Part shown: positions 28,286-39,140 of the stretch, piece by piece
Position numbering within the stretch: the stretch's first letter is position 1
Layout of the letters: each line of letters opens with the position of its first letter
Source of the DNA: Alphaproteobacteria bacterium
GTDB lineage: Bacteria; Pseudomonadota; Alphaproteobacteria; UBA8366; JADFVY01
Assembly (NCBI GenBank): GCA_041584475.1
Contig: JBFHDX010000004.1
Location: 8,576 to 72,575 of the forward strand
Reading direction: 5' to 3'
Length of the DNA: 64,000 nt
The notes under the pieces: model-generated
Seen by the model: only the letters and a program-made list of their open reading frames with translations
What the model was told of the DNA's origin: nothing
The model's database searches: none
Program-made: the position numbers and the translations under genes

Positions 28286-28834
28286 ATGACCGCAGATCGC
28301 GAAGCCCGCTCCGCTTCCGGCCCGGACCCGCAAGACGCGCTCGAACGCATGCTCGCCCGCCTCGAGGCGCAACGCGCCTGGCTCGACTTCGCGGCCGAGC
28401 GCATTGCCGCGGTGCCGGGACCGGTGTTCGAGCTTGGGCTGGGCAAGGGTCGTACCTACGACCGCATGCGTCGCGTCATGGCCGATCGCGAGATATTCGC
28501 CTTCGATCGCGAACTCCATTGCTCGCCGCGCCTGAGCCCGCTGCCGGAGCACCTGTTCCTGGGCGATTTCCGCGATACCCTGCTTGCCGCGGCCGAGCGG
28601 TTCGGCCGTTCGGTGGCCCTGGTCCATGCCGATATCGGCAGCGAAGTGCCCGCGCGAGACGCGGCGATCTGCCGGGATATCGGCCCCTTGATCGAGCGCG
28701 TCGTACGACGCCAGGGGCTGGTTCTCTGCGATCGCCCGCTGCCCCTGTCCCGCCCCGGCTGGGAACCCCTGCCGCCGCCGGCGGCTGCCGCGACGGCGGG
28801 GTGGCCCTATTTCGGATGGTGCCGGTCGCGCTGA
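28286..28834 (+). CDS. small SAM-methyltransferase-like protein, paralogue 2
   Basis: Starts at an internal ATG of track ORF 28139..28834. Sequence reads ..VFELGLGKGRTYDRMRRVMADREIFAFDREL..HLFLGDFRDTL..VALVHADIGSE.. and is colinear with paralogue 1. Confidence 0.55.
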   Translation: MTADREARSASGPDPQDALERMLARLEAQRAWLDFAAERIAAVPGPVFELGLGKGRTYDRMRRVMADREIFAFDRELHCSPRLSPLPEHLFLGDFRDTLLAAAERFGRSVALVHADIGSEVPARDAAICRDIGPLIERVVRRQGLVLCDRPLPLSRPGWEPLPPPAAAATAGWPYFGWCRSR

Positions 28835-28941
28835 CGGTTCCAGTTATGTTCGCGGCGACCGCGACTCGAATGTAGATCGAAGAAAATAGGCACTAAGCAT
28901 AGTATTCTGCGGACAGCATGTAATTGTTTCGGCTGTAGTCC

Positions 28942-29730
28942 CTACGCCGCGAGGTCGAGGATTACGGGTACGTGATCGGACGGTTTTTCCCAGCCGCGGG
29001 CGTCTCGCAGGACGGACGCGCCGGAGAGCCGACCCGCGAGGTCGGGCGATGCCCAGAAGTGATCGAGCCGCCGGCCGCGATCGGAGGCCGCCCAATCGCG
29101 CGCGCGGTAACTCCACCACGAATAGAGCTTGTCGCGAGGCGGGAAGAAACGTCTGACGGCGTCGATCCAGGCACCCGCCTCGAGGGCTCGTTCCAGCTTC
29201 TCGACTTCGATGGGCGTGTGACTCACTACGTTGAGCAGCTGCTTGTGCGACCAGACGTCCGTGGGCAACGGGGCGACGTTCAGGTCGCCGGCGACGATAA
29301 CCGGCCGGCCGGTCCCGCCGAGCTGCTTCGACCAGCCGGTCATCTCGTCGAGAAAGGCGAGCTTATGCGCGAATTTTTCGTTGATCTCCGGATCAGGGGC
29401 GTCGCCGCCGGCCGGAACGTAGAGACAGTGCAGATCGATGCCGTCGACGCGCGCCGCGACGTGCCGGCTGTCGGCCCGATCGCAGAAGCGCCGGTCCGCG
29501 AGCCGCTGCAGCGGCAGTCGAGAGAGAATCGCCACCCCGTTGTAGCTCTTCATGCCCTGAAAGACGGCATGCTCGTATCCGAGCCCGGCGATCGCCCCGC
29601 GCGGAAAGGCGTCGTCGACCACCTTGGTCTCCTGCAGACAAATGACGTCCGGCGCGGCCTCGGCAACGAGGCGCTCCAGGAGCGGCAGGCGCAGGCGTAC
29701 CGAGTTGATGTTCCAGGTGGCGATGCGCAT
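28942..29730 (-). CDS. xthA: exodeoxyribonuclease III
   Basis: MRIATWNINSVRLRLP..VICLQETKV..IVAGDLNVAP..SDHVPVILDL. Confidence 0.9.
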   Translation of the reverse strand: MRIATWNINSVRLRLPLLERLVAEAAPDVICLQETKVVDDAFPRGAIAGLGYEHAVFQGMKSYNGVAILSRLPLQRLADRRFCDRADSRHVAARVDGIDLHCLYVPAGGDAPDPEINEKFAHKLAFLDEMTGWSKQLGGTGRPVIVAGDLNVAPLPTDVWSHKQLLNVVSHTPIEVEKLERALEAGAWIDAVRRFFPPRDKLYSWWSYRARDWAASDRGRRLDHFWASPDLAGRLSGASVLRDARGWEKPSDHVPVILDLAA

Positions 29731-29817
29731 GGCAGTCTCCGAGACGGCGCTGAGGACTCGATGGTCGCGGCCCGCCCCGCATGCGAGGCAGGGATCGGGG
29801 GCCGCGGCGGCCGGACT

Positions 29818-30633
29818 CTAGGCCGCGTTGTTGCGTCGCCGGCCGCCGCGACGCTCGGCGCCGCCGCGGCCGGCATGGCGGTTGCGGCAGGCGTCGCCGA
29901 AAGCCGCGAACATCGCCCGCGACAACGGCCAGTCGAGCGCTACCGGATGTTCGGGATGCCACTGCACCGACAGCGCAAAGGCTCGGGCCCCGGTGACGCT
30001 TGTCGCTTCGATGACACCGTCTTCGCTCACCGCCTCGATCTCCAGCCGGTCGGCCAGGCGGTCGATGGCCTGGGCGTGCAGCGAGTTGACGAGCGCCGTG
30101 TCGGCGCCGCCGTTGAGCGCCCGGAGCACCCCGCCTTCCCGGATGCTGATGCGGTGGCACGCGCGGTAGCGGTCATCGTACGGCAGGCTCTTGTTCGAGC
30201 GGTGGTCCCGCTTTCCGGGCAGTTCATGGACGTTCTGATGCAGGGTGCCGCCCAGCGCGACGTTGAGCTCCTGGTGACCCCGGCAGATGGCGAATAGCGG
30301 AACGCCGCTGTCGAGCGCGCCGCGGATGGCCGGCAGGGTGGTCGCGTCCCGCGCCGCGTCGTGCGCGGTTCCCGCTCGGCTCCGCCCGCCGCCGTAACGC
30401 TCCGGCTCGACGTTGGACGGGCTCCCCGTGAGCAGAAGTCCGTCGAGCCGGGACATCAGGTCGGCGCTATCGTACCAGTCGCCCAGCGCCGGTATCAGCA
30501 CCGGCATGCATTGCGCGGCGTGCACGACGGACAGGATGTATTTCTGGCCGACCCGGTGGTAGGCGTCGCCCGTTTGCGGCGACATGACGCACGCCGGAAT
30601 ACCGACGAGGGGCCGATCGCTTCCCGGCATCAC
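29818..30633 (-). CDS. class I glutamine amidotransferase / gamma-glutamyl-GABA hydrolase (PuuD, peptidase C26) family
   Basis: ..GLLLTGSPSNVEP..LFAICRGHQELNVALGGTL..SVQWHPE.. with the Cys-His-Glu triad context. Confidence 0.8.
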   Translation of the reverse strand: MMPGSDRPLVGIPACVMSPQTGDAYHRVGQKYILSVVHAAQCMPVLIPALGDWYDSADLMSRLDGLLLTGSPSNVEPERYGGGRSRAGTAHDAARDATTLPAIRGALDSGVPLFAICRGHQELNVALGGTLHQNVHELPGKRDHRSNKSLPYDDRYRACHRISIREGGVLRALNGGADTALVNSLHAQAIDRLADRLEIEAVSEDGVIEATSVTGARAFALSVQWHPEHPVALDWPLSRAMFAAFGDACRNRHAGRGGAERRGGRRRNNAA

Positions 30634-30781
30634 GCGCTACGCCCGGGAGCAACGGGCAGGACCGCACAAGGCGAAGGCAGGCGGACCTCAGCGATCGGCG
30701 GAGCGGTCCCCGAACCGCCCCGATGTCTGGCGCCGCCGGCAGATATCCCGGCATCGCGTGCCACGGATCGGATCGGTCGTT

Positions 30782-31513
30782 TCATTTCTCCGGTCGTTTC
30801 CGGTCGAAGGTGTTCACGAACCGGAACAGGTCGTTGTCGAGTCGCAAACCGTAGCGCGGATCCATCAGGGTGACCTGGATGCGCTGGCCCTGCGCGTCGA
30901 GAATCGTCCAGCTTCTGAGGGTGACCGGATTCTGTTGGAATGTCATGCTGATGCGACCGATCTCCGGGTCTTCGGCATCGACCAGGTCGAGGCGGATCGT
31001 ATTGCTGCGACGTTCGATTCCCGTGATCACCAGGCCGTCGGAGAACGAGAATTCCTCGCGCAGGAGCACGTCGGCCGGCGTCTTGCTCAACGGCAGGTAC
31101 GTGACCTGCTCGAGCTGCTTGTCGACATAGATGAACCACCTGCCGTCCGAAACGAGCAGATAGGGAACCGGCGGATCGTATTCGAAGCGCATGCGACCCG
31201 GTCGTTTCAAATAGAAATTTCCCCTCGCATAGCTGCCGCTCGCCGTGAGCTGCACGAACTCGGCCTGAAGCGTCGTTATGCCGTTCAGGAACGCCTCGAT
31301 CTCCGCCACCGCAGCGCGATCCCGCACCGTCAGCGCGATCGGTTGCGGCGGCGCCGCAGCCGGCGCCTCGCCGACGCCGACCGCCAGCGACAGGACAAGC
31401 GCGAAAAGCGTCACGCTCGAGATGCGGGCCCAGACGGGTCCGACGCAACCGCTAGCGGTTTCCGCCAGCGAGGACTTCACGCTTGCCAACATGGTTTGCG
31501 GGGCTGACCACAC
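30782..31513 (-). CDS. lolA: outer-membrane lipoprotein carrier LolA
   Basis: ..[49 protein letters not shown]... It follows ftsK, as in many Proteobacteria. The start is uncertain: the track start overlaps the ftsK 3' end by 62 nt, and a later start near 31492-31410 is possible. Confidence 0.7.
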   Translation of the reverse strand: MWSAPQTMLASVKSSLAETASGCVGPVWARISSVTLFALVLSLAVGVGEAPAAAPPQPIALTVRDRAAVAEIEAFLNGITTLQAEFVQLTASGSYARGNFYLKRPGRMRFEYDPPVPYLLVSDGRWFIYVDKQLEQVTYLPLSKTPADVLLREEFSFSDGLVITGIERRSNTIRLDLVDAEDPEIGRISMTFQQNPVTLRSWTILDAQGQRIQVTLMDPRYGLRLDNDLFRFVNTFDRKRPEK

Positions 31514-33791
31514 CTTGCTTCTCCATCTGCTCGATTATCCGTGCCGCACGATTGTAACCGATCTGCAAGTGGCGCTGTATGAAACTGGTCGATGCGCGAC
31601 CCTCGCGAACCACCAGCTCGACGGCGCGCTGATAGAGCTCATCGCCCGCCGCCTCGGCGCCGAATCCGTCCAGACCAGTCTCCTCCTCCTCCTCGGTGAT
31701 CCCTTCGACGTAGGCCGGCTCACCTTGCGTACCGAGGTAGTGCGCGACCGCCTCCACCTCGTGATCGTCGACGAACGGTCCGTGAATGCGGGTGATCCGC
31801 CCGCCGCCCGCCATATACAGCATGTCGCCCTGGCCCAGCAGCTGTTCCGCGCCCTGTTCGCCCAGGATGGTGCGACTGTCGATCTTCGAGGTGACCTGGA
31901 AGCTGACGCGCGTCGGAAAGTTGGCCTTGATCGTGCCGGTGACGACGTCGACCGAGGGCCGTTGCGTGGCCATGATGAGATGGATGCCTGCGGCGCGCGC
32001 CATCTGCGAAAGACGCTGGATCGCGGCCTCGATCTCCTTGCCCGCGACCAGCATGAGGTCCGCCATCTCGTCGACGACGACGACGATGTAGGGCAGGGGG
32101 GTAAGGTCGAGCGGCTGGTCTTCGTAGACGGGGCGTCCGGTCTCCGGATCGAACCCCGTCTGAACCTTGCGCATCAGCACCTCGCCCTTCTTGCGCGCAT
32201 CGCTCAGCCGGGCGTTGTAGCCCTCGATGTTGCGCACGCCGAGCTTGGACATGGCGCGATAGCGCTCCTCCATCTCGCGCACCGTCCATTTGAGCGCGAC
32301 GACGGCCTTCTTGGGCTCGGTCACGACCGGAGACATCAGGTGCGGGATGCCGTCATAGATCGAGAGTTCGAGCATTTTCGGGTCGATCATGATGAAACGG
32401 CAGATGTTCGGCGTCATGCGGAACAGCAGCGAGAGGATCATCGCGTTGATGCCGACCGATTTCCCGGAACCCGTCGTCCCCGCGACCAGCAGGTGCGGCA
32501 TGCGCGCCAGGTCGACGACGACCGGGGAACCGCCGATATCCTTGCCGAGCGCCAGGGGCAGCTTCGCCGAGGCCTGTTCATAGGCGCGGGACGCCATCAG
32601 TTCGCGCAGGAATACCGTCTGTCGCGAACTGTTCGGCAGCTCGATGCCGATGACACTGCGTCCTGGAATCGTTGCGATGCGGGCCGAAACCGCGCTCATC
32701 GAGCGGGCGATGTCGTCCGAGAGGCTGATTATCCGGCTGGTCTTTATGCCCGGAGCGGGTTCCAGCTCGTACAGGGTGACCACCGGGCCGGGCCGAACCT
32801 TCACGATTTCACCGCGAATGCCGAAATCCTCGAGGACCTGCTCGAGGAGGCGCGCGTTCTGCTCGAGCGCATCGGGCGACATGGTCTTTGCCCGCGCTTC
32901 CGAGTCCGGCACCGGCTCGAGAAGATCGAGCGGCGGCACCCGGAATTCGCCGTTCGGGCCGCCCAGGTTCAGCGACGCCTGGCTCGCCTTCGCCGGCGTC
33001 GCCGCTTTCTTCGGCTTGCTGAGCCGCGAGCGGCGTTCCGGTCGACGCTCCGGCGGCATCTGCCATTCCGCCGCGCCGTCCTCGGGCCCGGCCTCGAGAT
33101 ACGGTTCGGCACGATCGACCCCGTTGCCGCGCCGCAGTTGCGGCAAGCGAATTCCCCAGGCCGCTGCCGAGGAGGCGCCACCTGCAGGAATGAGCCGGCC
33201 GAACCGCGCGCCGAGGGAGCGCCACTCCGCCCGCGACAGGCCCATCGTCCAGAATGTGAGCAGCAGGCTCAGCAAGCCGGCGACGGTGCCGATGACCAGC
33301 GGGTTCGTCAACGGACCGGCGCCGCCCGCCAGGCGCGCCGCCTGCGAAACGATGAGCGTGCCGACCAGCCCCCCGAGTCCGGGATCCAGCGGCCAGGATT
33401 CCGGTGCCGGCGCCGCGGCGAGGGCGACGGAACCGAAGAGCAACGCGAATACCAGCGAAGCGATACGCAGCGACGGCTGCGGCAGCGCGTGCCGGCTGGC
33501 CAGGCGGCCCCCCCAGGCGACGAGAACGGGTACGAGGAGCGCCGCCGCCAGCCCCAGAGTCTGCAGGGAGAGGTCCGAAATCACGGCCCCGGGTCTGCCC
33601 AGGAAATTGTTGATCCGCCCCGTTCCGCGAGCCGTGTTCAGCGACGGGTCCGACGGATCGTAGCTGAGCAGCGCAATGACGAACATCGCCCCGGCCGCGA
33701 GCAGCAGAAGCCCCAGCAGCTGCAGCACCCGGCGCCGCACGAATTCCACGAATCCGGCCGGGAGCAAAGCCTTGCGACGCCGCGTGGCCAT
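31452..33791 (-). CDS. ftsK: DNA translocase FtsK
   Basis: 779 aa with N-terminal TM segments, Walker [18 protein letters not shown], and a C-terminal gamma domain ..[30 protein letters not shown]. Confidence 0.9.
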   Translation of the reverse strand: MATRRRKALLPAGFVEFVRRRVLQLLGLLLLAAGAMFVIALLSYDPSDPSLNTARGTGRINNFLGRPGAVISDLSLQTLGLAAALLVPVLVAWGGRLASRHALPQPSLRIASLVFALLFGSVALAAAPAPESWPLDPGLGGLVGTLIVSQAARLAGGAGPLTNPLVIGTVAGLLSLLLTFWTMGLSRAEWRSLGARFGRLIPAGGASSAAAWGIRLPQLRRGNGVDRAEPYLEAGPEDGAAEWQMPPERRPERRSRLSKPKKAATPAKASQASLNLGGPNGEFRVPPLDLLEPVPDSEARAKTMSPDALEQNARLLEQVLEDFGIRGEIVKVRPGPVVTLYELEPAPGIKTSRIISLSDDIARSMSAVSARIATIPGRSVIGIELPNSSRQTVFLRELMASRAYEQASAKLPLALGKDIGGSPVVVDLARMPHLLVAGTTGSGKSVGINAMILSLLFRMTPNICRFIMIDPKMLELSIYDGIPHLMSPVVTEPKKAVVALKWTVREMEERYRAMSKLGVRNIEGYNARLSDARKKGEVLMRKVQTGFDPETGRPVYEDQPLDLTPLPYIVVVVDEMADLMLVAGKEIEAAIQRLSQMARAAGIHLIMATQRPSVDVVTGTIKANFPTRVSFQVTSKIDSRTILGEQGAEQLLGQGDMLYMAGGGRITRIHGPFVDDHEVEAVAHYLGTQGEPAYVEGITEEEEETGLDGFGAEAAGDELYQRAVELVVREGRASTSFIQRHLQIGYNRAARIIEQMEKQGVVSPANHVGKREVLAGGNR

Positions 33792-33794
33792 CGC

Positions 33795-35006
33795 CTATCG
33801 CTCCAGCGCCTCGGCGAGGCGCGTGAGGCCGGCTTCGGCGGTGGCCGCGTCGTGGATCAGGGCAACGCGGATGTATCGGCGGCCGGGATCGCCGCCATTG
33901 ACGGGGTCTGGCCGGCTCATATAGCTACCCGGCATGACCTTGACGGCTCCGTGGCGCCACGCCTTTCGGGCCGCGGCCTCGCCGTCGCCGACATCGAGCC
34001 AGAGAAAGAAACCGCCCGGCGATTCGTGATAGCCCGCGCGATTGCCGAGGATCCGCCGTGCCAGGTCGAACAGCGTGCGATAATGGGCGCGCATCCGCTC
34101 GACATGGACCTCGTCGCGCCACAATGCGGCCGCGGCCGCCTGAATCGGCCCGGGTACCTGGGCGCCGCCGTAGCTGCGCAGGCGCTTTAGGCGCGATATC
34201 GCGGCTTCGCCGCCCGCCACGAAGCCCGCCCGCAGCCCCGCCGCGTTGGATCGCTTCGACAGCGAATGGAATACCAGCAGATGATCGAGGCCGGTCCCCA
34301 GCCGGGCGCAGGCCTCCAGCCCGCCGACGGGGGGCGAACCGCGCCAGATCTCGGAATAGCACTCGTCGAGCGCGAGCAGGAAATCTTGCTCCTGGGCCAG
34401 TCCGATGAGGTCCTCGAGCTGCTCGAGGGACGCCACCGCGCCCTGCGGATTCGCCGGCGTGCACAGGTAGGCGAGCGCGGTGCGCTCGAGCAGCGCACGT
34501 TCGAGACCGCCATAGTCGGGCAGGAAGCCGCTGTCCGCGGTTGCCGCGACGGGAACCGGCTCCGCCCCGGCCATGACCGCGGCACCGTAATAGACGTGGT
34601 ACATGGGATTGGGCATCAGCACCGCCGACCGACCGGCGCCGCCGGAGGCGGTCGACCTGCCGACGGCGATCAGCGCCACCTGAAACAGCGCCTCGCGCGT
34701 ACCGCTCACCGCAACGACGTTGCGTTCGGGGTCGATCATGCCGGACGGCAGGTGGTAGCGGCGGGCGAGCCACTCCGCCGCCGCTGCCCGGAAATCCTCT
34801 GATCCGTTCGCCGGCGGGTAGCGGTTCCAGAGATCGGCATGGCGCGCCACCGTTTCGGCGACGAAATCCGGCTGCGGCAGCTGCGGCTCGCCCATATGCA
34901 TGAGGACGGGCTCCAGGCCCTCGGCCGGCGCGACGTCGCGCAGCAGCGTGGCGAGGCGCTGGAACGGATAGTCGCCGAGGCGGTCGAGAGCGGGATTTTC
35001 GCGCAT
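33795..35006 (-). CDS. class I/II PLP-dependent aminotransferase (DapC/AlaC-like)
   Basis: MRENPALDRLGDYPFQRLATLL.. and ..FHSLSKRSNAAGLRAGF (PLP-lysine motif). Ends 3 nt before the ftsK start. Confidence 0.8.
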   Translation of the reverse strand: MRENPALDRLGDYPFQRLATLLRDVAPAEGLEPVLMHMGEPQLPQPDFVAETVARHADLWNRYPPANGSEDFRAAAAEWLARRYHLPSGMIDPERNVVAVSGTREALFQVALIAVGRSTASGGAGRSAVLMPNPMYHVYYGAAVMAGAEPVPVAATADSGFLPDYGGLERALLERTALAYLCTPANPQGAVASLEQLEDLIGLAQEQDFLLALDECYSEIWRGSPPVGGLEACARLGTGLDHLLVFHSLSKRSNAAGLRAGFVAGGEAAISRLKRLRSYGGAQVPGPIQAAAAALWRDEVHVERMRAHYRTLFDLARRILGNRAGYHESPGGFFLWLDVGDGEAAARKAWRHGAVKVMPGSYMSRPDPVNGGDPGRRYIRVALIHDAATAEAGLTRLAEALER

Positions 35007-35205
35007 TACTCAATCAATAAATCGCGCGCCGCCCGGCAGCCGGCGCGACGGCGCGTACAAAACGGAAACTTTGAGCCGGGATATTAGCTGCGCCTCGCCC
35101 CGACCTCAAGCGGCGCGGTCCCGTCGCCCGTCCACCGTCGATTGCCTCGTGCCGGACCGCTGCGCCGCGCGACCGGCCGCGCGGCACCGCGGGGCGTATG
35201 CAAGA

Positions 35206-35228
35206 CGAGGGGGCACGTGGCCCCCTCG
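35206..35228 (-). terminator. candidate hairpin terminator after amtB
   Basis: CGAGGGGGC-ACGTG-GCCCCCTCG forms a perfect 9-bp GC-rich stem with a 5-nt loop, 29 nt past the amtB stop. The T-tract is only weak (TCTT). Confidence 0.4.
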
Positions 35229-35256
35229 CAAAGTGGTTCCCGCAGCGACCCCGCGC

Positions 35257-36567
35257 CTATTGCACGGTCTCGCCGTGGAGATTGAGGTCGAGCCCCTCGA
35301 TTTCCGCTTCCGGTTCGACCCGCAGACCCATGAGCGCCTTGAGGACGAACAGGATCGCCGCGGTCGCGATCGCGGCCCAGGCGACGGTGGCGACGATGCC
35401 CTCGATCTGGATCCAGATCTGGCCCGCGTTCCCCTCGAGCGCACCAGGCGTGCCGCCGATCGCCTCCACCGCGAAGACGCCGGTGAGCACGGCGCCGACG
35501 ATGCCGCCGATACCGTGCACGCCGAAGCAATCGAGCGAGTCGTCGTAACCGAGCTTGTTCTTGAGCCACGTCGCCCCCCAGAAACACGCGGCGCCGGCGA
35601 GCAGGCCGATGACGAGCGCGCCGCCCGGCGCGACGAAGCCGGAGGCAGGGGTGATCGCCACGAGGCCGGCGACGGCGCCCGAGACGATGCCGAGAACGCT
35701 CGGCTTGCCGCGCACCGCCCATTCGATGAACATCCAGCTCAGGCCCGCGGCCGCGGTCGAGATCTGGGTGACCGCCATCGCCATGCCGGCGCTGTTGTTC
35801 GCGGCGACCGCCGACCCCGCGTTGAAGCCGAACCAGCCGACCCACAGCAGCGATGCGCCGATGATGCTGTAGACGAGGTTGTGCGGCGCCATGTTCTCGG
35901 TGCGGTAACCGGTCCGCTTGCCCAGGATGATCGCCGCAACGAGGCCCGACACGCCGGCATTGATGTGGACGACCGTGCCGCCGGCGAAGTCGAGTACGCC
36001 TTCTTCGGCCAGGAATCCGCCACCCCACACCCAGTGCGTGATCGGCGCGTAGACGATCAGCAGCCACAGCGTCATGAAGACGAGGAGCGTGGAGAATTTC
36101 ATGCGATCGGCCAGCGACCCGGTGATGAGCGCCGGCGTGATGATCGCGAAGGTCATCTGAAACGTCATGAAGACCGTTTCCGGTATCGTGCCCGACATCG
36201 AGTCGACCGAGAGCTCCGCGAGGAACACGTTGCTCAGGCCGCCGACGAACGCGTTCATCGCACCGCCGTCACCGAACGCCAGCGAATACCCGGCGACCAT
36301 CCAGACGACGGTCATCAGGCAGGCGATCGCGAAGCTCTGCATGGTCATCGCCAAAACGTGCTTTTTGCGCACCATGCCGCCGTAGAACAGGGCGAGCCCC
36401 GGGATCGTCATCATCAGGACCAGGAGCGTCGCGGTCAGCATCCACGCCGTGTCTCCCGTGTCGAGCGTGGCGTCCTGCGCGAACGCCGGAGCCGCCAGGG
36501 TCGCGGTCACCGCGGCGAGGAGCGCCGGCGCCGCAACGCGCGTCAGAGTCGTTTTCATTTTGTCCAC
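35257..36567 (-). CDS. amtB: ammonium transporter
   Basis: 436 aa with a signal peptide, then ..DTGDTAWMLTATLLVLMMTIPGLALFYGGMVRKK.. and ..FGVHGIGGIVGAVLTG... Confidence 0.9.
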   Translation of the reverse strand: MDKMKTTLTRVAAPALLAAVTATLAAPAFAQDATLDTGDTAWMLTATLLVLMMTIPGLALFYGGMVRKKHVLAMTMQSFAIACLMTVVWMVAGYSLAFGDGGAMNAFVGGLSNVFLAELSVDSMSGTIPETVFMTFQMTFAIITPALITGSLADRMKFSTLLVFMTLWLLIVYAPITHWVWGGGFLAEEGVLDFAGGTVVHINAGVSGLVAAIILGKRTGYRTENMAPHNLVYSIIGASLLWVGWFGFNAGSAVAANNSAGMAMAVTQISTAAAGLSWMFIEWAVRGKPSVLGIVSGAVAGLVAITPASGFVAPGGALVIGLLAGAACFWGATWLKNKLGYDDSLDCFGVHGIGGIVGAVLTGVFAVEAIGGTPGALEGNAGQIWIQIEGIVATVAWAAIATAAILFVLKALMGLRVEPEAEIEGLDLNLHGETVQ

Positions 36568-36570
36568 CTC

Positions 36571-36933
<363 letters not shown>

Positions 36934-36996
36934 TCACGGTCGGGCTCTTGCGCGCCCGCCACCGCCCATTGTGCGGTGCATCATCACCGAGGCCTT

Positions 36997-37012
36997 AACA
37001 AGATGCGTGCCA
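36997..37012 (-). promoter_or_regulatory. candidate sigma-54 promoter for glnK-amtB
   Basis: The minus strand reads TGGCAC-GCATC-TTGTT, against consensus TGGCAC-N5-TTGCW. The -12 GC is GT. It lies ~88 nt upstream of the glnK ATG. Confidence 0.3.
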
Positions 37013-37202
37013 GACTCGCCGGATGAGGAAAATTCATTTTTTTGCAATGTGTTAGGGCGATATTCCACCCACCCGGACGGCCGACCGACCGTCCATTATT
37101 GATGAAATTTCGTGCGATTCGCCGAGACTGCCTAAATTTTGTGCAGTCGCAGGCGCGCCATTTTCGCTGGACGGCCTGCCCGGCAAGAAGGATGCTCCGC
37201 CC

Positions 37203-38453
37203 ATGGACGGCGCAACGACGGAAGACGGCTCTCTGCAAACGGAAGTCTTGATCGTCGGCGGCGGGTTGACCGGCATGACGCTGGCCGCGGGGCTCGCGGG
37301 GGCCGGCGTCGACACCGTCGTCGTCGACGCCGCGCCGCGCGACGCGCGCGTCGATCGCGGATACGACGGACGGGCGTCGGCGATCGCCTTCGGGTCGGCG
37401 CAGGTGTTTCGGGCCATAGGCCTGTGGCCGCGGCTCGAGGCCGAGGCGTCGCCGATCCTCGATATCCGGGTTGCGGACGGTACGCTCGCGGCCGGTCCGT
37501 CGACGCTGTTCCTGCATTACGATCATCGCGAGATCGGTGACGACGCGTTCGGCTACATGATCGAGAACCGGATCATGCGCGAGGCGCTGTTCGGTCTGGC
37601 CGATCGCCTGACGAACCTGCACCACCTCGCGCCGGCGAACGTGGTCCGGCTCGATCGCCGCGCGACCGGCGTATCGGCCGAACTGGAGGACGGGCGCACG
37701 ATCTCGGCCGCAATCGTCGTCGGTGCCGAGGGGCGCGCGTCGCCGACCCGGGCGCAGGCCGGCATCCGGATCGCCCGCGTGCCGTATGCTCAGACCGCGA
37801 TCGTGTGCACGGTCGCGCACGAGCGCGCCCATGATGGCGTCGCGGTCGAGTATTTCCTGCCGGGCGGGCCGTTCGCGATGCTGCCGATGACGGCGCAACG
37901 GATGAATATCGTCTGGACGGAGGACGAGGAGCGCGCGGCGCCCTTGTTCGCCCTGGACGACGCCGCGTTTCTCGCGGAATTGCGCCGCCGGTTCGGCGGC
38001 TGGCTGGGCGAGCTCGCTCTGGTTGGCCCGCGCTTCTGCTATCCGCTGAGCCTGCAGCTCGCGCAGCGCTACACGGATGCCCGGCTAGCGCTGGTCGGCG
38101 ATGCGGCGCACGCGATTCATCCGATTGCCGGGCAGGGCCTCAATCTGGGATTGCGCGATGTGGCGGCCCTTGCGGAGGCGATTATCGACGCCCGGCGCCT
38201 CGGGCTCGATATCGGGGCAGCCGAAGTCCTGCGGCGGTATGAGCGGTGGCGGCGCTTCGACTCGGTGCTGCTGGCGGCGGTGACCGATGGCCTGAACCGG
38301 CTTTTCTCCAACGACCTGCCGCCGCTGCGAGCGGCCCGCGATCTCGGTCTTGCGGCGGTCGGCCGATTGCCGCCCCTCAAGCGGTTCTTCATGCGCCACG
38401 CCATGGGCGTGGTCGGCGAGCTGCCGCGGCTTGTCCGCGGCGAGCCCCTGTGA
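37203..38453 (+). CDS. UbiH/UbiF/Coq6-family FAD-dependent ubiquinone biosynthesis hydroxylase
   Basis: VLIVGGGLTGMTLAAGLA (Rossmann motif) and ..LVGDAAHAIHPIAGQGLNLGLRD... Confidence 0.85.
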   Translation: MDGATTEDGSLQTEVLIVGGGLTGMTLAAGLAGAGVDTVVVDAAPRDARVDRGYDGRASAIAFGSAQVFRAIGLWPRLEAEASPILDIRVADGTLAAGPSTLFLHYDHREIGDDAFGYMIENRIMREALFGLADRLTNLHHLAPANVVRLDRRATGVSAELEDGRTISAAIVVGAEGRASPTRAQAGIRIARVPYAQTAIVCTVAHERAHDGVAVEYFLPGGPFAMLPMTAQRMNIVWTEDEERAAPLFALDDAAFLAELRRRFGGWLGELALVGPRFCYPLSLQLAQRYTDARLALVGDAAHAIHPIAGQGLNLGLRDVAALAEAIIDARRLGLDIGAAEVLRRYERWRRFDSVLLAAVTDGLNRLFSNDLPPLRAARDLGLAAVGRLPPLKRFFMRHAMGVVGELPRLVRGEPL

Positions 38454-38474
38454 CGCCGGCGCCGGATCGCGCGT

Positions 38475-38522
38475 GCGGTGGGCGGCATCGCCGTCGGCCG
38501 GGCGATCGCGCCGCCGCACCGC
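38475..38522. terminator. extended GC-rich hairpin between convergent genes
   Basis: Hand pairing gives 38475-80/38517-22, 38481-86/38510-15 and 38487-92/38501-06: 18 bp with one bulge, one 3-nt internal loop and an 8-nt apical loop. There is no U-tract. Confidence 0.3.
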
Positions 38523-38529
38523 GGCGACC

Positions 38530-38913
38530 TCAGGGGTCCCGGCTCAGCCCGCGCTCCTCGATTGCCCGAAGATATCTGGCCCAGATGACGTCCTTGTCGC
38601 GGCCGAGCCGGTACAGGTAGTCCCAGCTGTAGATGCCCGTATCGTGGAGATCATCGAATTTGATGCGTACGGCGTAGTTGCCGACCGGCTCCAGCTCCAT
38701 GATGCCGACATGCCTGCGACCCGCCACCACCTGTTTCTGGCTGGGCACGTGACCCTGCACCTCGGCGGACGGACTCTCCACGCGCAACAGCTCGGCGGGC
38801 AACGCGAAACGGCTGCCATCATCGAAATCGATCTCAAGGACCTTCTCTGCCTTGCGCAGACGGATCTCGGTCGGCCAGTGGTCGACACTGAACCGATTGG
38901 CGTCGCCGCTCAA
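38530..38913 (-). CDS. DUF971 (gamma-butyrobetaine hydroxylase-like N-terminal) domain protein
   Basis: 127 aa reading ..[54 protein letters not shown]... The TTG start is in TTGA overlap with the upstream stop. Confidence 0.7.
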   Translation of the reverse strand: MSGDANRFSVDHWPTEIRLRKAEKVLEIDFDDGSRFALPAELLRVESPSAEVQGHVPSQKQVVAGRRHVGIMELEPVGNYAVRIKFDDLHDTGIYSWDYLYRLGRDKDVIWARYLRAIEERGLSRDP

Positions 38914-39116
38914 GTTTCTTTGCCCTTTTCGTCGTCGAGACGGCGCGCCTCATCGACCAGCATGATCGGTACGCCATCGCGCACCGGATAGGCGAGCCGC
39001 GCCTTCTCGCTGACCAGCTCGCCGCGCTCGGCATCATAGCGCAGCGGCCCCTTGGTCAGCGGACAGACGAGGAATTCCAACAATTTCGGGTCGACACTGG
39101 ATTTCGACTGGGCCAT
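38910..39116 (-). CDS. Trm112/YcaR-family small protein
   Basis: 68 aa reading ..[35 protein letters not shown]. Confidence 0.8.
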   Translation of the reverse strand: MAQSKSSVDPKLLEFLVCPLTKGPLRYDAERGELVSEKARLAYPVRDGVPIMLVDEARRLDDEKGKET

Positions 39117-39140
39117 TGCAGGCGACTCTCCCGGGGACGG

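Noticed and set aside
31278-34190. 970-aa plus-strand ORF across ftsK and the aminotransferase gene
   Set aside because: It is antisense to two well-supported genes, spans their boundary, and has a low-complexity Arg/Gly/Asp-rich composition.
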